Origin: Antedon mediterranea
Taxonomy: Eukaryota > Animalia > Echinodermata
Reading direction: 5' to 3'
DNA: 64,000 nucleotides
Assembly: GCF_964355755.1 (NCBI RefSeq)
Contig: NC_092672.1
Coordinates: 9,610,001-9,674,000, forward strand
Shown piece after piece: positions 25,632-37,404 of this stretch. How positions within the stretch are numbered: position 1 is the stretch's first letter; each line of letters begins with the position of its first letter. Under the pieces are notes generated by a model. The model did no database searches. It saw only the letters and a list, made by a program, of their open reading frames with translations, and was not told the DNA's origin. A program made the position numbers and the translations under genes.

Positions 25632-28600
25632 CTACTTCTTCTTTGATTTGCTTGATGCCCTTCCACCAACCTTTGTCTGGCTAGATTTTCCATCAATGGC
25701 AGACAATTTCTTTTGAAGTTCCTCATCATTTGATTGTATCTGGTCACTGATGGACAGTTTTAGTTTCTGAATTTCGACCGACAGTTGATCTGTGACAATC
25801 TGTCGCAGCTCACGTTCAACGGCATTTTCTTCCTCCGTAGCTGTAGAAATAAAGTGATATCCTTTCAAGGCCATATACACGTTTCTATTTCAGGTACAGA
25901 TAACAGGACACTACAGTAAAACCCTCCTTTGTGACACCGCTTTTTTTGGACACATCTATTAAGGGTTTTCATGCGGCTATGCGCATATTTTAAATAATTA
26001 CTCTGCTACAAGCCAATTAGTCAAGCCAATTTTTTTTTCCAATTGTGTGTCTTTATTTTAAACAATTTGTAACTCATTTAAAACAGAAATAACCAGCAAT
26101 TGGAAATGAACTTATGTGCATATGCGCACATGAGCTAAGGCTTCCGATGGACACTCCAGCCAAATTAGCGTTGACAGAATCCATTCGAAAAGTTAAAAGA
26201 CCAGTTGGCAGACCAAAAACTACCTGGATAGGAAACATAAATACAGAAATCAAAAAAGCAAATGCATCGATTGCAAAATTAATGACAGACCATCAGACCA
26301 CCGAAAGAGAGTCATGGAAACGATTAGCGTACGCAATGTCTACCGAAGACGAATAGCGTAACGGATGATGATGCGCATATCGATTGCCGCATAGCCGCGT
26401 GAACCGTCGTGAAAACGAAACATAGGTCCTGTTTCTGCTGCAAAGTAACTATTTACTATTAACTATTCAATTTGTTGGTATATTTATTTCAGTGGAAACG
26501 GCGCTCAGAAAATATACCGTATTTTGTGTACCCACCAAATTTGTGGATAAAATATGGTATTTATAAATATATACCGTATATTTTGATAAACCATTTGATA
26601 AAATTACATAAGGCCCTGTTTCTGCTGCCAAGAAAATACCGTATTTTATACGGTATTTTTTGAATACCGTATTTATAACGTATTTTTTTGGGCAGCAGAA
26701 ACTGCGCTCATAAAAAAAATACCGTATTTTGTATACCGTATTTTCCCCACAAAATTTGTGGATAAAATACGGTATTTACAAATTTATACCGTATTTTTTG
26801 TACCCTTTTCTGCTGCCAATATAAAATACCGTATTTTTTTTTACCTGCGACATGAGGTCAACATCGTGTTTTTATTTTCTGTCGCTGTCAGCTGTTTTAC
26901 ACATGTGTATAGATATATTCGGCGAAAATGTGGAGCGAAGACGTCACAGTATTTACTATATAAATCTGTGTGGGGAAGGAGGGGGAGGGGAAGCTAAAAT
27001 GTCCGGCCAACTAAAAGGTAATAAAAGGGACAACCACATTTATAAAGCCATTTCTAAAAAATAAAGCAGGAGTACGGAATAGACTTGTCTCCAAAGCAAG
27101 TAAACTCAAAGCTGAAGAGCCTGCGAAAGCAGTACAACATTGCAAAAGACAATAACTCGGGAGGGAACGAATTAGGCCTACTTGTCCCCATTACGATGTT
27201 TTCTGTGCTCTCACAACATCTCTATCACTAGGGCTAGGCTGTTGAAAGTGAGAGGTAAAACTTCCTTTATTGCGACTTTTAATTATCGACCAAATAAATG
27301 AATGGCAATTTGGGTAAAAAGGATGAAATTTAACACGACCACCCAAGACGTATTGTTAGCAGAAACGGGGTACTAAAAACTACGGTATAAAAAATACCGT
27401 ATTTTATACCGTATTTTTATACCGTATTTTGAGCAGTTGCAGCAGAAACAGGCCCTTAAGACGCATGAACTACTACTACCACAGATTGTTTTTATTACTG
27501 TATATATTATTTACAAAAACACCAAAAAATGTTTAAAAGGTTAATTTCCAATCATTGCTGGTGATTTCTGTTTTAAAGGAGTTACAAATTGTTTAAAATA
27601 AATACACACAATTGGAAAAAAAATCTGACTAATTTGGCTTGTAGCAGAGTAATTATTTTAAAAATGATATTCATATTTTGTTGCTCCATGCTTAAATCTT
27701 GTTATTTTATTGATTTATCTATGGGACATGATGATAATACCTCAAGCACAATATCCTGGTCTACGCCCTTTTCAAAACAGATTTCCTATTATTTCCAATG
27801 ACCTTTTTTTAACAAAAGATAAACACCTAAAACTTTTTTTGAATGACTGGAGTAAGTACGGTACTTTCTTTGTGGACAATATAAGTATATGTCATTAATA
27901 TGCATGCTTGAATCTTATTACTGGTGGTTTTAACAAACTGGACAAAACAAACAAAAAAAGGGCATTGCCTCCAGCATAATGGACTACGCCCTGTTAAAAA
28001 ATTCTTACTATTTCTAATACCCTTTAATAACAAAAGTAAACAGCAAAACTTTTGACCCCTTCAACAACTGGACTGGCACTGGTATAATAGCTATCGACGC
28101 GGCAACGTTTGCCATTTAAGCCTTTTATTTTCAGGTGGAGACAGAGAAATATAATTTCCAAACTATAGAGAGAACTGATGATGTAGCAATTGACATTAAT
28201 ACTTAATGACATCAAATTTATTTGCGGGTGAATGATAAAACATCTTGACCAGTTTGTCTTATTGCCTATGGGCAATTTCCCTGTACCTACCTAAGAAATA
28301 GAAAATGAATCCATGCTTGTTTCAAAAGCTTCCTAATCAGATTAATACACATGCTTGAACCTTATTAAGTGATTTAACCTTGGGAAGCAAAGGCACACAG
28401 AATCCAGGATATTATTCTACGCCCTTTTAGAGGTCATTTTTCTTTATTAAAATACTCAAACTTTGACCAGGGTTCTAATAACAACTCCCTGCTTTGACTA
28501 GGCTAACAGGCTGAATTGGATAAATCTGACAAAAAAATGTACGCAATGCATTTTTCTATTTCATCAGAATGGAAAGTTGCTTGCATGAATCAAAAGAAAC

Positions 28601-31600
28601 AGAGAAATTAGTAGCACCTACTTTTTGTGAAACAAACTCAGTATACATGTGACCAAAATTAAAACTCTATTTGCTTTATAACACAAACTTTTACTTTGGA
28701 TGCGCACAAATTAATTAGTGGACGTTTCAGTATAAAAATAGTTTGTTTCCCTTCAACTGTTACTTTAATGTATCCAAAATCATTCCCCTAGGGGCCTCCT
28801 ATGTACACTCAAGAATAAATATTATATATAAATAAAACATTGTTTCTACAGTATTATTTGCAACATGCCCACCTTTAAAAAAAATATCAAACAATTTATT
28901 TTAAGCTCTGTTTACACTATTAAAAATTAATGTTACAAACATATGTGATGCACCCATATACATGGACATGATTATGTCATATTAATATCATATTTGGGCA
29001 TCACTACCATATTTGGATACATGATACAGGTAGTTTGATAGTGTAGACAGAGCATTAAACATCAAGAATAAATTCCTCTACCTGGTTTAGCTGATTCTTC
29101 TACTTCAACACATTCTCCTTGAACATCTTCACTTTCTTTTATAGCTTCTGTCTCAAATTCTTGAGTTTCTTCACAAACTAGAAAGAAACATATTTTAGAA
29201 ATTAAACCCAAATTAGGAAAAAAACTTTATTGTTCTTTCTTTTTTATGAATTTTAGAAATCGATATATATTCTGATGTGTAGACTTAATTAAAGTGAAAA
29301 TGTTTTAGTTGCAATGTTAATGGAAAACTTATTTAATTCAAACATGCTCTCCAGGTGGAATGCTATCCTGAAGAGATATTGCATCGTATTGTAGTAATTA
29401 GTCAGTACAGTTTGTTTTTGTTGTTTATACGTAATTTTACTTTTTATCGACCAGAGATTCTGAAATAAAAGATTGAATTAGTGAATTTTGCTTTGTTTCT
29501 GCTAAGCAATCAGACAAAAATAGAAATTAGTTACCAAGAATAAAAAGATACATACATGTACAAGATAATAAACAGTTTTTACCAGTTTAAGATTCATATT
29601 GCCATAAGATAATAAACAATTTAATTAAGATTTTACCAGTTTAGGTAAATTGGATTCGTATTGCCAATTTTTTATATAGTATAACATATTGCACTGAGGA
29701 AAGGCTTAGACTAGAGTTGCCAGAAAACTTTTCAATTGATTTCTGGTTGTTTTACTTTATCGTTTTTATTTAGATTTTGTTATCATCAATATTTGTATCA
29801 TCATGATCTATTAAGTAATTTGCATTTGGATTTATATATATATATATATATAAATGTTCGGTTCAATGTAACCGTCTAAAAAGTGCTTAATACGGTAAAG
29901 TAGAGCTAAAATATACGTTAAGTCTGGAAAAGAAGTAAAAACTACAGTTTGGTCTCTACAGGCTTGTTTCGTGAGTCGTGCAACTCACTCATCAGGAGAC
30001 TATAATGAGAACAATCAATTACAACGTTGCTTATAAGCACATTTACTTGTAGAATTAGCATTTACAGGTGATATGTTTTGGAATGTTAGCTGTTATGTAA
30101 CAATGCTTTCTTTCTGTGCCGGCAGGCACAGGCATATATATATATATATTGATAGCATAAATGTTGTTGATATGAATTTTATTTTTACTGTATTTTCAAT
30201 GTTTAAGGCAGGCCCATTTACACTAGGACGATAATGATCGACGATAAATAAACAAATATGCATTGCTCATACATAAAACAAAAGAAATTTAAAAAGTTTT
30301 TATTCTAGGACTATTTAGGAACCATCTATGCTTCCTTTGATGAAAATGATATTTTCAGAGACGTCCAATCAAATGACGTCATGATTAGTAAGAGCAATAA
30401 TATCGTGACAATACAACGATATTTTTTGTTTATTGATCATGACGTCATTTGATTGGTTTAAAAAAAAAAATTATTTTATCAAAGACAGAATAAATGATTA
30501 TTCTATAATTCTAGAACGAAAAACTTTCTAAATTATTTTGTTTTATATAAGAAAAATGCATGCTTATCTATTTATCGTCGATCGTTATCGTCCTAGTGTA
30601 AATGGGCCTTTATTCTGTGTCATACAAGACAATGCTGTTAGACTAGCTTAGAGGTTATCATGCTTTAAAAGTTTGTATCTGTATCATTTACGAGTGAAAA
30701 AATGACCCCTGTAGAGCTTATACTAAGTAATTGAAAAGTCATAGCATGGAGTAAACATAGGTTTTATCCCATGTTCTAACTATGCTCTACTGTATATCTG
30801 GGTCGCAAGATTATTTCAAAATTACAATGTAGTGGAAAAGAGAAATATCGTAAAAATAACACTCACCATCAACTGGTTCTGGGGTTAAAGGCACACCGTC
30901 ATATGAAATAGACAAGTCCAATTTGACGAGTGGAGTGAAAGCATACTTGTACAGTTTGTAATGTTTAAAGTATGTTGTAAGGACATACTCAGTCACTAAG
31001 TGTACTTGTTCTGGACTGAAAATATTTACACTCCATGGTGGGCGCTGAAAGAAATTCAAAAGTCTATGTGCAAATGGCCGTATCCGGATATTCACCCCCT
31101 GGACATTTACCCCCCGGACAACTACCCCCCGGACAACCACCACCTGGACCACTACCCCCTTAGGACAACTACCCCTTTAGGACAACTACCCCCCGGACAA
31201 ATACCCCCCGGACAACTACCCCCTTAGGACAACAACCCCCTTAGGACAACTACCCCCTGGACAACTACCTCCCGGACAATTACCCCCTAGGAACAATTAC
31301 CCCCTAGGAACAATTACCCCCTAGGAACAATTACCCCCCGGACAATTACCCCCCGGACAATTACCACCCAGAAAACTATCCCTTTAGAACACCCTAACCA
31401 CCCAGACCATTCAACAACCTGACTCTGCAACAGTGTATAATAGGAATTAATAACTATATTTTAATTCGTTACTTTGACGAATTACTATTCATTATTGTAA
31501 ACAAAAGTAAAAGATTGAACATAAATATAGCCTGGTATAAACTGAAGATTGTCACACATGATCATAGGATAGTCGAACGTATTATATAGTACTCCCTGTA

Positions 31601-34600
31601 TTTACTGTAAAGACTGGGTTCGCTAATAATAATAATAATTTTTGCGTCAGGACAATGCTTCGATAACCACTGGTCTTAAAAGAATTAATTTTTGTCTCAA
31701 ATTTGTCATATATGTATTTTTGTACACTTGAAGAATAATATCACTTTTGATATTTGACCTCAATGTTCACTCACCGAATAAACGTCGATCTTTAAATAAA
31801 TTCCCCTCAAATAAACGGTGACCATGTCACTCCCATGAAACATCATATGGAATAATTGGCGTCTATTTCCATTAGATTATACCCCCTCCCATTGAATAAA
31901 CAACTTTCTTCCAATAAATGTCCACCTAAAAACCACCTAAACAATAAACAGCCCAGGCCGTTTTTTCAATAAATACGGTACTTTAAATCTAGCACATGTA
32001 GGGTCTAGCGTGCTGTTAAACAGAATAATCGGTTAAAAACGGGTGTTTCGAAACTAGAGACCCGAGACCAGAGACCCAATACAAAAAGGGAGACCAAAAT
32101 ATACGAAAAGGGAGACCCACGTACGAAAAGGGAGACCCCACTATACGAAAAGGGAGACCCCACTATACGAAAAGGGAGACCCTAATATACGAAAAGGGAG
32201 ACCTAAATATACGAAAAGAGAGACCCAATTATACGAAAGGGAGACCCAAATATACAAAATGGGAGACCCAAATATACGAAAAGGGAGACCCACTATAAGA
32301 AAAGGGAGACCCCACTATAAGAAAAGGGAGACCCCACTATACGAAAAGAGAGACCACACTATACGAAAAGGGAGACCCTAATACGAAAAGAGAGACCCAA
32401 ATATAGGTCTCCCTTTTCGTATTGGGTCTCGTGTCAGGTCTCTGGTATCGGGTCTCTAGTTTCGAAACACCCGTTAAAAACAGATGATTTCATTTTTACA
32501 GAAACCGGTCCTATATATTTGTCTACTTTTGGATGGGGGGGAGGGGGGGGGGTAGTTGACCGGGGGTTAGTTACCCGGGGGTTAGTTGTCCTAAGGGGGA
32601 GGTTGTCCGGGGGGTTGTTATCCTAAGGGGGTAGCTGTCCTAAGGGGGTAGTTGTCCGGGGGGTAGTTGTCCTAAGGGGGTAGTTGTCCGGGTGGTAAAC
32701 ATCCGGGGGGTAACTGTCTAGGGGGTAGGTGTCCTAGAACCGCAAATGGCAATTAAAAAAATTAGCGTCAAAAAGGTCACAAATCCTATAAACTTTGAAC
32801 ATTGAACAGGATTTTTTTTTGTCAGAAAAATGATACTAGAGTACACATCAATATCAATTAGCAATTCTCTCTCTTTTAAAACAAAATATTTATGTTTTAA
32901 AATTATAAAATAGGTCCTATGAGTAGATATATATATAATATATATAAATAGGCACAGAACAAATTATAAACTTAAACCACTTGGTGATATATGTATATAT
33001 ATATAAACACATTAGGCATAGAACAATAATTCTAAACAGAAATTTAATTAATGAATTTGAAACGATAAGATGAAGAAATCTGTGAGAATGCAAAAAAAAA
33101 CGCCCCAACCAAGATTCGAACCTGGACCTTCTGCTTGATATGCAAATGTCCTAACCATTAGACCACTGGGGCTTTCATGTATATATATATATATATATAT
33201 TATGCCGCTCTCCAATCAAATTTGAACAATACCATAATAAACCCCAGTGGTCTATAGGTTAGGACATTTGCATATTATCAAGCAGAAGGTTGCGACTTTG
33301 AAACCTGGTTGGGGCGGCTTTTTCTCATTCTCACAGCTTTATCTTTATCGTTTCAAATTAATTAATATTCAGAATTATCACTGAATATTATATACTTTAC
33401 AAAGAGATAATTCTGAAACTGAACACTCTTTTACCTTTACAGCATGACACAAAATAAGTTCTTTGAAGTAATTGTAACATATTTCTAAGTTATCAAATGG
33501 TGTTTCTGTAGCAAAAATAAAATCACATTTTAGTAATAATGAATAATTAGACTTTTAGAGTTATTTTATCTTTATTTCATCCAAAAACCAATGAGTTGGA
33601 TACCAATCTTATCACAGCTTTAACCCAGCCCAGAGTTGTATGGTAGTTGGAATGTTGGCGGTGTATTCTCAAGCTCAAGTTTAATCTCACCGACTAATTT
33701 AGCCTATATTCAGAAATCAGATTCTATTGTTAAACTTGAGTATAATCCAACCCTTTAACATATTTATCCCAAGGCACTATACTCTATCACACTGGACTTA
33801 ATTTCTTCAAATTGACTAAGTCCAATCCTGGCTACAATTCCCTCAGGGTTAAACCAAACCACTGCCTGTCCAGTAGAACTTGCTACGGTACAACTACAAC
33901 TAATCACGCTGGCTAAAAAGTCTAATCTGAATGTGCGACTTGGGTAAACAGTGCGAACAATGGTTAAATAAACCAATAACCTCGGGTAAAATTACCTTGA
34001 TTAAATTTACCTTTTTTCAAGTCCAGTGCAAACAAGTCTTTAGTAAAAGTAGTATTTATCATTATTCTTTATACATTTCACTATAATGTGAAATTCTTTG
34101 ATTCTCATTAGAATGCGACTTACCTGTGCATACCTCATGTGTCTTCTTCACAATAGAAAAAAACGCTGATGTTTGTTCTTTGGAAAAATGATGGTCAATA
34201 GCAAATTGAAGTGTGTAATAGAACAAGTCTAACACTATGGCAGACCGGTAGTTATCATGCCAATCAGCTAAGCCAAAAGACTCTGCTATAAAACTATAAA
34301 GAGTACAAAAATTATTTATACATATTGCAACCAAGATTACAAAAAAACATTGAAATATGTGAGCTAGTCTAAGTTCTAGACCATGTTTCGAATTAATATT
34401 AGTAAAAAACATAAAAAAAACAATTTCAAATAGTATTGTTGATTATTACCTCTGTATTTCTTCCATAGAAGTGCAATTTATTATTGTATCCATGTGCGTC
34501 ATGGTAAGATCAGCCCTAAATTAAAAAAAAAATATTATTCAATTTTTTTTTTGAATGGTCTTGTTTTTTTATACTTTAAGCCTGGTTCCTATTAAAATCG

Positions 34601-37067
34601 CTACAGCGTTTCCATTAAAATCGCTACACGCACAGATGTCGCCGACGCAATCGGGAAGGCTCCCTGATTCATCGCAGTCAAATCGGCAAAGTTCAATCAT
34701 GTTCAACTTTGCCGATTGTGTCGGCGATGATTCGTATACACGTACCAAAGAATATTTAGCGCTCGCGTACTAGATCCCCGATAAATTCTAGCGTTTCCAT
34801 AGAATCGCTACGCTCTGTTGTGTTGCGATTTTATGGAAACCAGGCTTTATGTAGCCAGTTGACTTCTGTTCTAATTTTTTTTATTATATAATTGCTAGCT
34901 TATTATTACAGACAGAGAAAATTTTCATTTAAAAATTTTGTTTAGCAATATTGCTAATCAAACTGATTTTTAAGTCGAGAAACATAGTTTTGTATAAGTA
35001 TTTTTTGCTACACAATTTTCAAAATGTGTAGCAATAAGGTTGTTTTGTATAGCTTTTTGCTATGCTACACTGGCGAAAATGTTCCCTGACAGAGGTTCAA
35101 TATTAGCCTAATTATTTAAAATAGGCATATAAAATACTGCAGAATGAAAAAGCAACAAAAAACAAGTCAAATTTGCTAGCCTTACTAGGCCTAGAGTAGT
35201 AGCAGGCTATACATACATACAAAAAAGTAGAACATTTGACCTTTATTTACTTACCATATACAAATTATAGCTTTATGTTCTTTTGTAGGCTGTAAATAGA
35301 ACAAAATAGAAATAGAATTTAAACTAGAATTTAATTTGTCACTTTGATGAATTATAGGTGGTCAGTTTGACAAATTTTTATTTGATTTAATTAAAAAAAA
35401 TGATGCATGTACGTTTAAATATGATCGCAAAATGCCATGACCTGATGCATGCTTATACTATAGTCCTGAAGTTTGCCTATTGTGTGTGATATACTAGAAT
35501 ATACAGTATACTGTAATATAGCATAGGTGATGAAATTACGGGACCCAAATATGTTCAAATATTTCGATACAATTTCTTTATCAAAATCACTCACAATTTC
35601 GAAAGATAATGATTTACCTTTTGTTTAACAAATTTTTTTTGTTTGCATTTAGAATACATAGCTTTTTATCTAGACAAAGACTACAACGCCCATAAGCGGC
35701 GTTCTTAGTGGAGGAATATTTAATTACTTTCCATTTAATTGTGAACACTACGTCATTACTTTTCAAAGACCATACGTACTTTGAGAGCTCGGATTCTTTA
35801 CTGTACGTTTCTTTTTTGAAAGATTTCTTGTGATTGTTAAACCTAGTTTTAAACTGCCCACCCGTCATACCAATATATGTCTTAGTTTCGTTATTGGTTA
35901 TGACGTCGGCGGAGTAGACAATTTCAGATGCGAGGCATATTTTTACCGGAGAAATCTTATGTAGGAGAATTTTACAGTAGGCGGAGCTATGCACTCTCGG
36001 AGTGGCTTTCTAGTTTACACATTTTTTTCACTTTTAACGTGCTCGCATAGATTTGAAGTCGGAATGAACTCAAATCCGGTAAATGTACTAACTAGCCTAG
36101 AAGGAAGATGAGTAGAAATGCGCAAGTATCGGGCACGTAATCTTTCAAACACGCAAATGGCCTACTAGGCCTAGGCCTAATTCATGTTCTAACTTGATAA
36201 AAACATAATTTTAAGCATTTTAAATTGTTTACATGCGATAACCTTTTGTAAGTATGCGTACATTTTTAACTGCTAATTAATATTTTTACCATCTAGTCTC
36301 TTGAATTTGAATTGATTAACCTGATCTGAAACTGAAGTTTATGTAGGCTAGGCTAGGCCTGGACTGCGGGCATAGACTAGCTAGGCTATAGCGAATTTAA
36401 TTGATAGTAGGGCATAGCCTAGCTAGGCTCTAGGCCTCTCTAGTACTTAGTTAGTAGCTAGGGCCTAGCCTAGAACTACTATCTAGCCTAGGCGCGGCCT
36501 AGCCTACTAGGGCCTTACCTATAGGCCTACTAGAGTAGTAGAGCAAACATGACATCCTATATAATAAAATAAAGGCCTACTAGGCCTAGCCTCTACACTA
36601 GACAAGCCAGGAGAGAGGCCTAGTTAGCCTAGCCTAGCTAGGCCTAGCCTATCTATGTGGGATGACTACCTAAGTATGTGATTACGATTTAAGGAGATAT
36701 GATTACGATTCAGATTGATTGTGCTTTCACAAAATAGGTAGGCCTAGGCCTAGGCTAGGCCCCATACTAGAGGCCTAGCCTAGCTAGGCTAAGAGGGCCG
36801 CCAATCTTAACTAGACTAGCCTAGGCCTAGCCTTGATTGTGACGTGTATAGCCTATATAGCAGCCTAGCCGGATTCCCGCCTAGCCTTCTTGGCCTCCGA
36901 GTCCTAGACTAGGTCTAGTAGTAGGCTAGGCTAGGTAGGCCGGCCTACGTAGGCTAATTAATAACTTTAATAAACTAAAAAGAGGTCTTGCTGCATCTTG
37001 TTTATGGTGGGATAAATTAATCCATTTTTACCTGAGAAACTTTCGGCAAATCTTGAGGCATAGCCAT
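25632..37067 (-). CDS. CFAP119: Cilia- and flagella-associated protein 119 (CCDC189, CLAMP/C1a-32 domain), ~286 aa, 8 exons
   Basis: Exons 37067-37032, 35289-35255, 34515-34450, 34293-34124, 33505-33435, 31044-30867, 29177-29082, 25840-25632 (861 nt in frame). Motifs ICIWADL, DLFYYTLQFA..FSKEQTSAFFSI, ETPFDN, CHAVKRPPWSVNIF..TYFKHYKLYKYAFTP. Confidence 0.9.
26130..26373 (+). mobile_element. 3' fragment of an RTE-type LINE inside a small inverted-repeat MITE (~25963-26405)
   Basis: RLPMDTPAKLAL..KRPVGRPKTTW..RESWKRL followed by a (GAT)n tail. Flanking inverted ends ttcatgcggctatgcg / cgcatagccgcgtgaa. Confidence 0.7.
26611..27456 (+). mobile_element. Non-autonomous Harbinger-like element carrying a decayed Myb/SANT (trihelix-type) gene
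   Basis: TIRs AGG(C/G)CCTGTTTCTGCTGC and subterminal ATACCGTAT repeats. Frameshifted MWSEDVT..QLKGNKRDNHIYKAISKK/IKQEYGIDLSPKQVNSKLKSLRKQY..TCPHYD at ~26928-27200. A partial extra left end lies at ~26424-26610. Confidence 0.72.
28904..29054. mobile_element. Tourist-like MITE, same family as 6442-6601
   Basis: agctctgtttacactat ... atagtgtagacagagca, TSD TTA. Confidence 0.8.
29853..30133 (-). mobile_element. Penelope-like element terminal-repeat remnant inserted in (TA)n
   Basis: Contains a PLE-type minimal hammerhead and is flanked by TA microsatellite on both sides. Confidence 0.6.
29952..30000 (-). ncRNA. Minimal type I hammerhead ribozyme
   Basis: Minus strand: GTCTC-CTGATGA-GTGAGT-tgcacg-ACTCAC-GAAA-caagcctg-TA^-GAGAC. 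Stem I, the CUGAUGA core, a 6-bp stem II, GAAA and a GUA cleavage triplet are all present. Confidence 0.88.
30210..30609. mobile_element. ~400-bp largely palindromic MITE
   Basis: TIR AGGCCCATTTACACTAGGACGATAA. Inverted symmetry continues to the centre (ccaatcaaatgacgtcatgat / atcatgacgtcatttgattgg). Confidence 0.88.
31079..32741. mobile_element. MULE/foldback-like element with minisatellite-built TIRs
   Basis: ggacaactacccc arrays on the left, inverted arrays on the right. 9-bp TSD gcaaatggc at 31070-31078 and 32742-32750. Confidence 0.85.
32041..32472. mobile_element. Nested MULE-like MITE with internal ~22-bp tandem repeats
   Basis: TIR GGGTGTTTCGAAACTAGAGACCCG, 9-bp TSD gttaaaaac, and a tatacgaaaagggagaccc array. 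Confidence 0.9.
33045..33172 (-). mobile_element. tRNA-derived SINE; head 33172-33101 folds as a cloverleaf with anticodon ATC
   Basis: GCCCCAG TGGTCTAATGGTTAGGAC A TTTGC ATATCAA GCAGA AGGT CCAGG TTCGAAT CTTGG TTGGGGC. A and B boxes are intact, and the 3' body is shared with the copy at 33241. Confidence 0.75.
33241..33370 (+). mobile_element. Second, more degenerate copy of the tRNA-derived SINE in inverted orientation
   Basis: accccagtggtctataggttaggacatttgcat..aacctggttggggcg..cattctcacag..atcgtttcaaatt. Confidence 0.75.
34579..34846. mobile_element. Harbinger MITE sharing its terminus with the element at 1-4863
   Basis: AGCCTGGTTCCTATTAAAATCGC ... GCGATTTTATGGAAACCAGGCT, TSD TTA on both sides. 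Confidence 0.85.
35575..35945 (-). mobile_element. Penelope-like element GIY-YIG endonuclease fragment
   Basis: EIVYSADV..TYIGMTGGQFKTRFNNHKKSF..SELSKYVWSLK..IKWKVI..CSLCL..LLNKR. Confidence 0.88.
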
Positions 37068-37151
37068 AGTGGTGAATGAAGTATCGTTTTTTAAAAGGAA
37101 GTTACTTTGTTCGCCTTTTAGGCTTTGGTGGTAATTGTACATATATTTATT

Positions 37152-37171
37152 GTTGCCGTAGTAATCACGTG
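37152..37171. promoter_or_regulatory. Candidate RFX X-box plus E-box upstream of CFAP119
   Basis: GTTGCCGTAGTAAT (one mismatch to GTNRCC-N0-3-RGYAAC) abuts CACGTG, ~85 bp upstream of the ATG of a ciliary gene. Confidence 0.5.
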
Positions 37172-37404
37172 AACTATGGGAAATAGTATGGCACGCCGAC
37201 AAATAGACAGGCAGCCCAGAGACATTTGGTTAGATGAGCTAGGCCTAGGTACCAATACCTGACTATTTCAGTGTTTTGGGGGGTCACTTGAAGTCAATGA
37301 AAATGGGAGTCTGCCGGGTACCCTCGGCTGCGTCTAGACCGGGGGGACCCCGAAACGTGCTAAAAAATCGACCCAAGTTAGATGAGACTGAGAGAGATAC
37401 CACG

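Noticed and set aside
32090-32400. Repeat array with variable short spacers, superficially CRISPR-like
   Set aside because: Spacers are only a few bases, the array lies inside a TIR/TSD-bounded MITE, and the context is eukaryotic with no cas genes.
33101-33172. Functional tRNA-Asp(ATC) gene
   Set aside because: Atypical anticodon and loop (no U33), and its 3' body is shared with a neighbouring degenerate copy. It is better explained as a SINE head.
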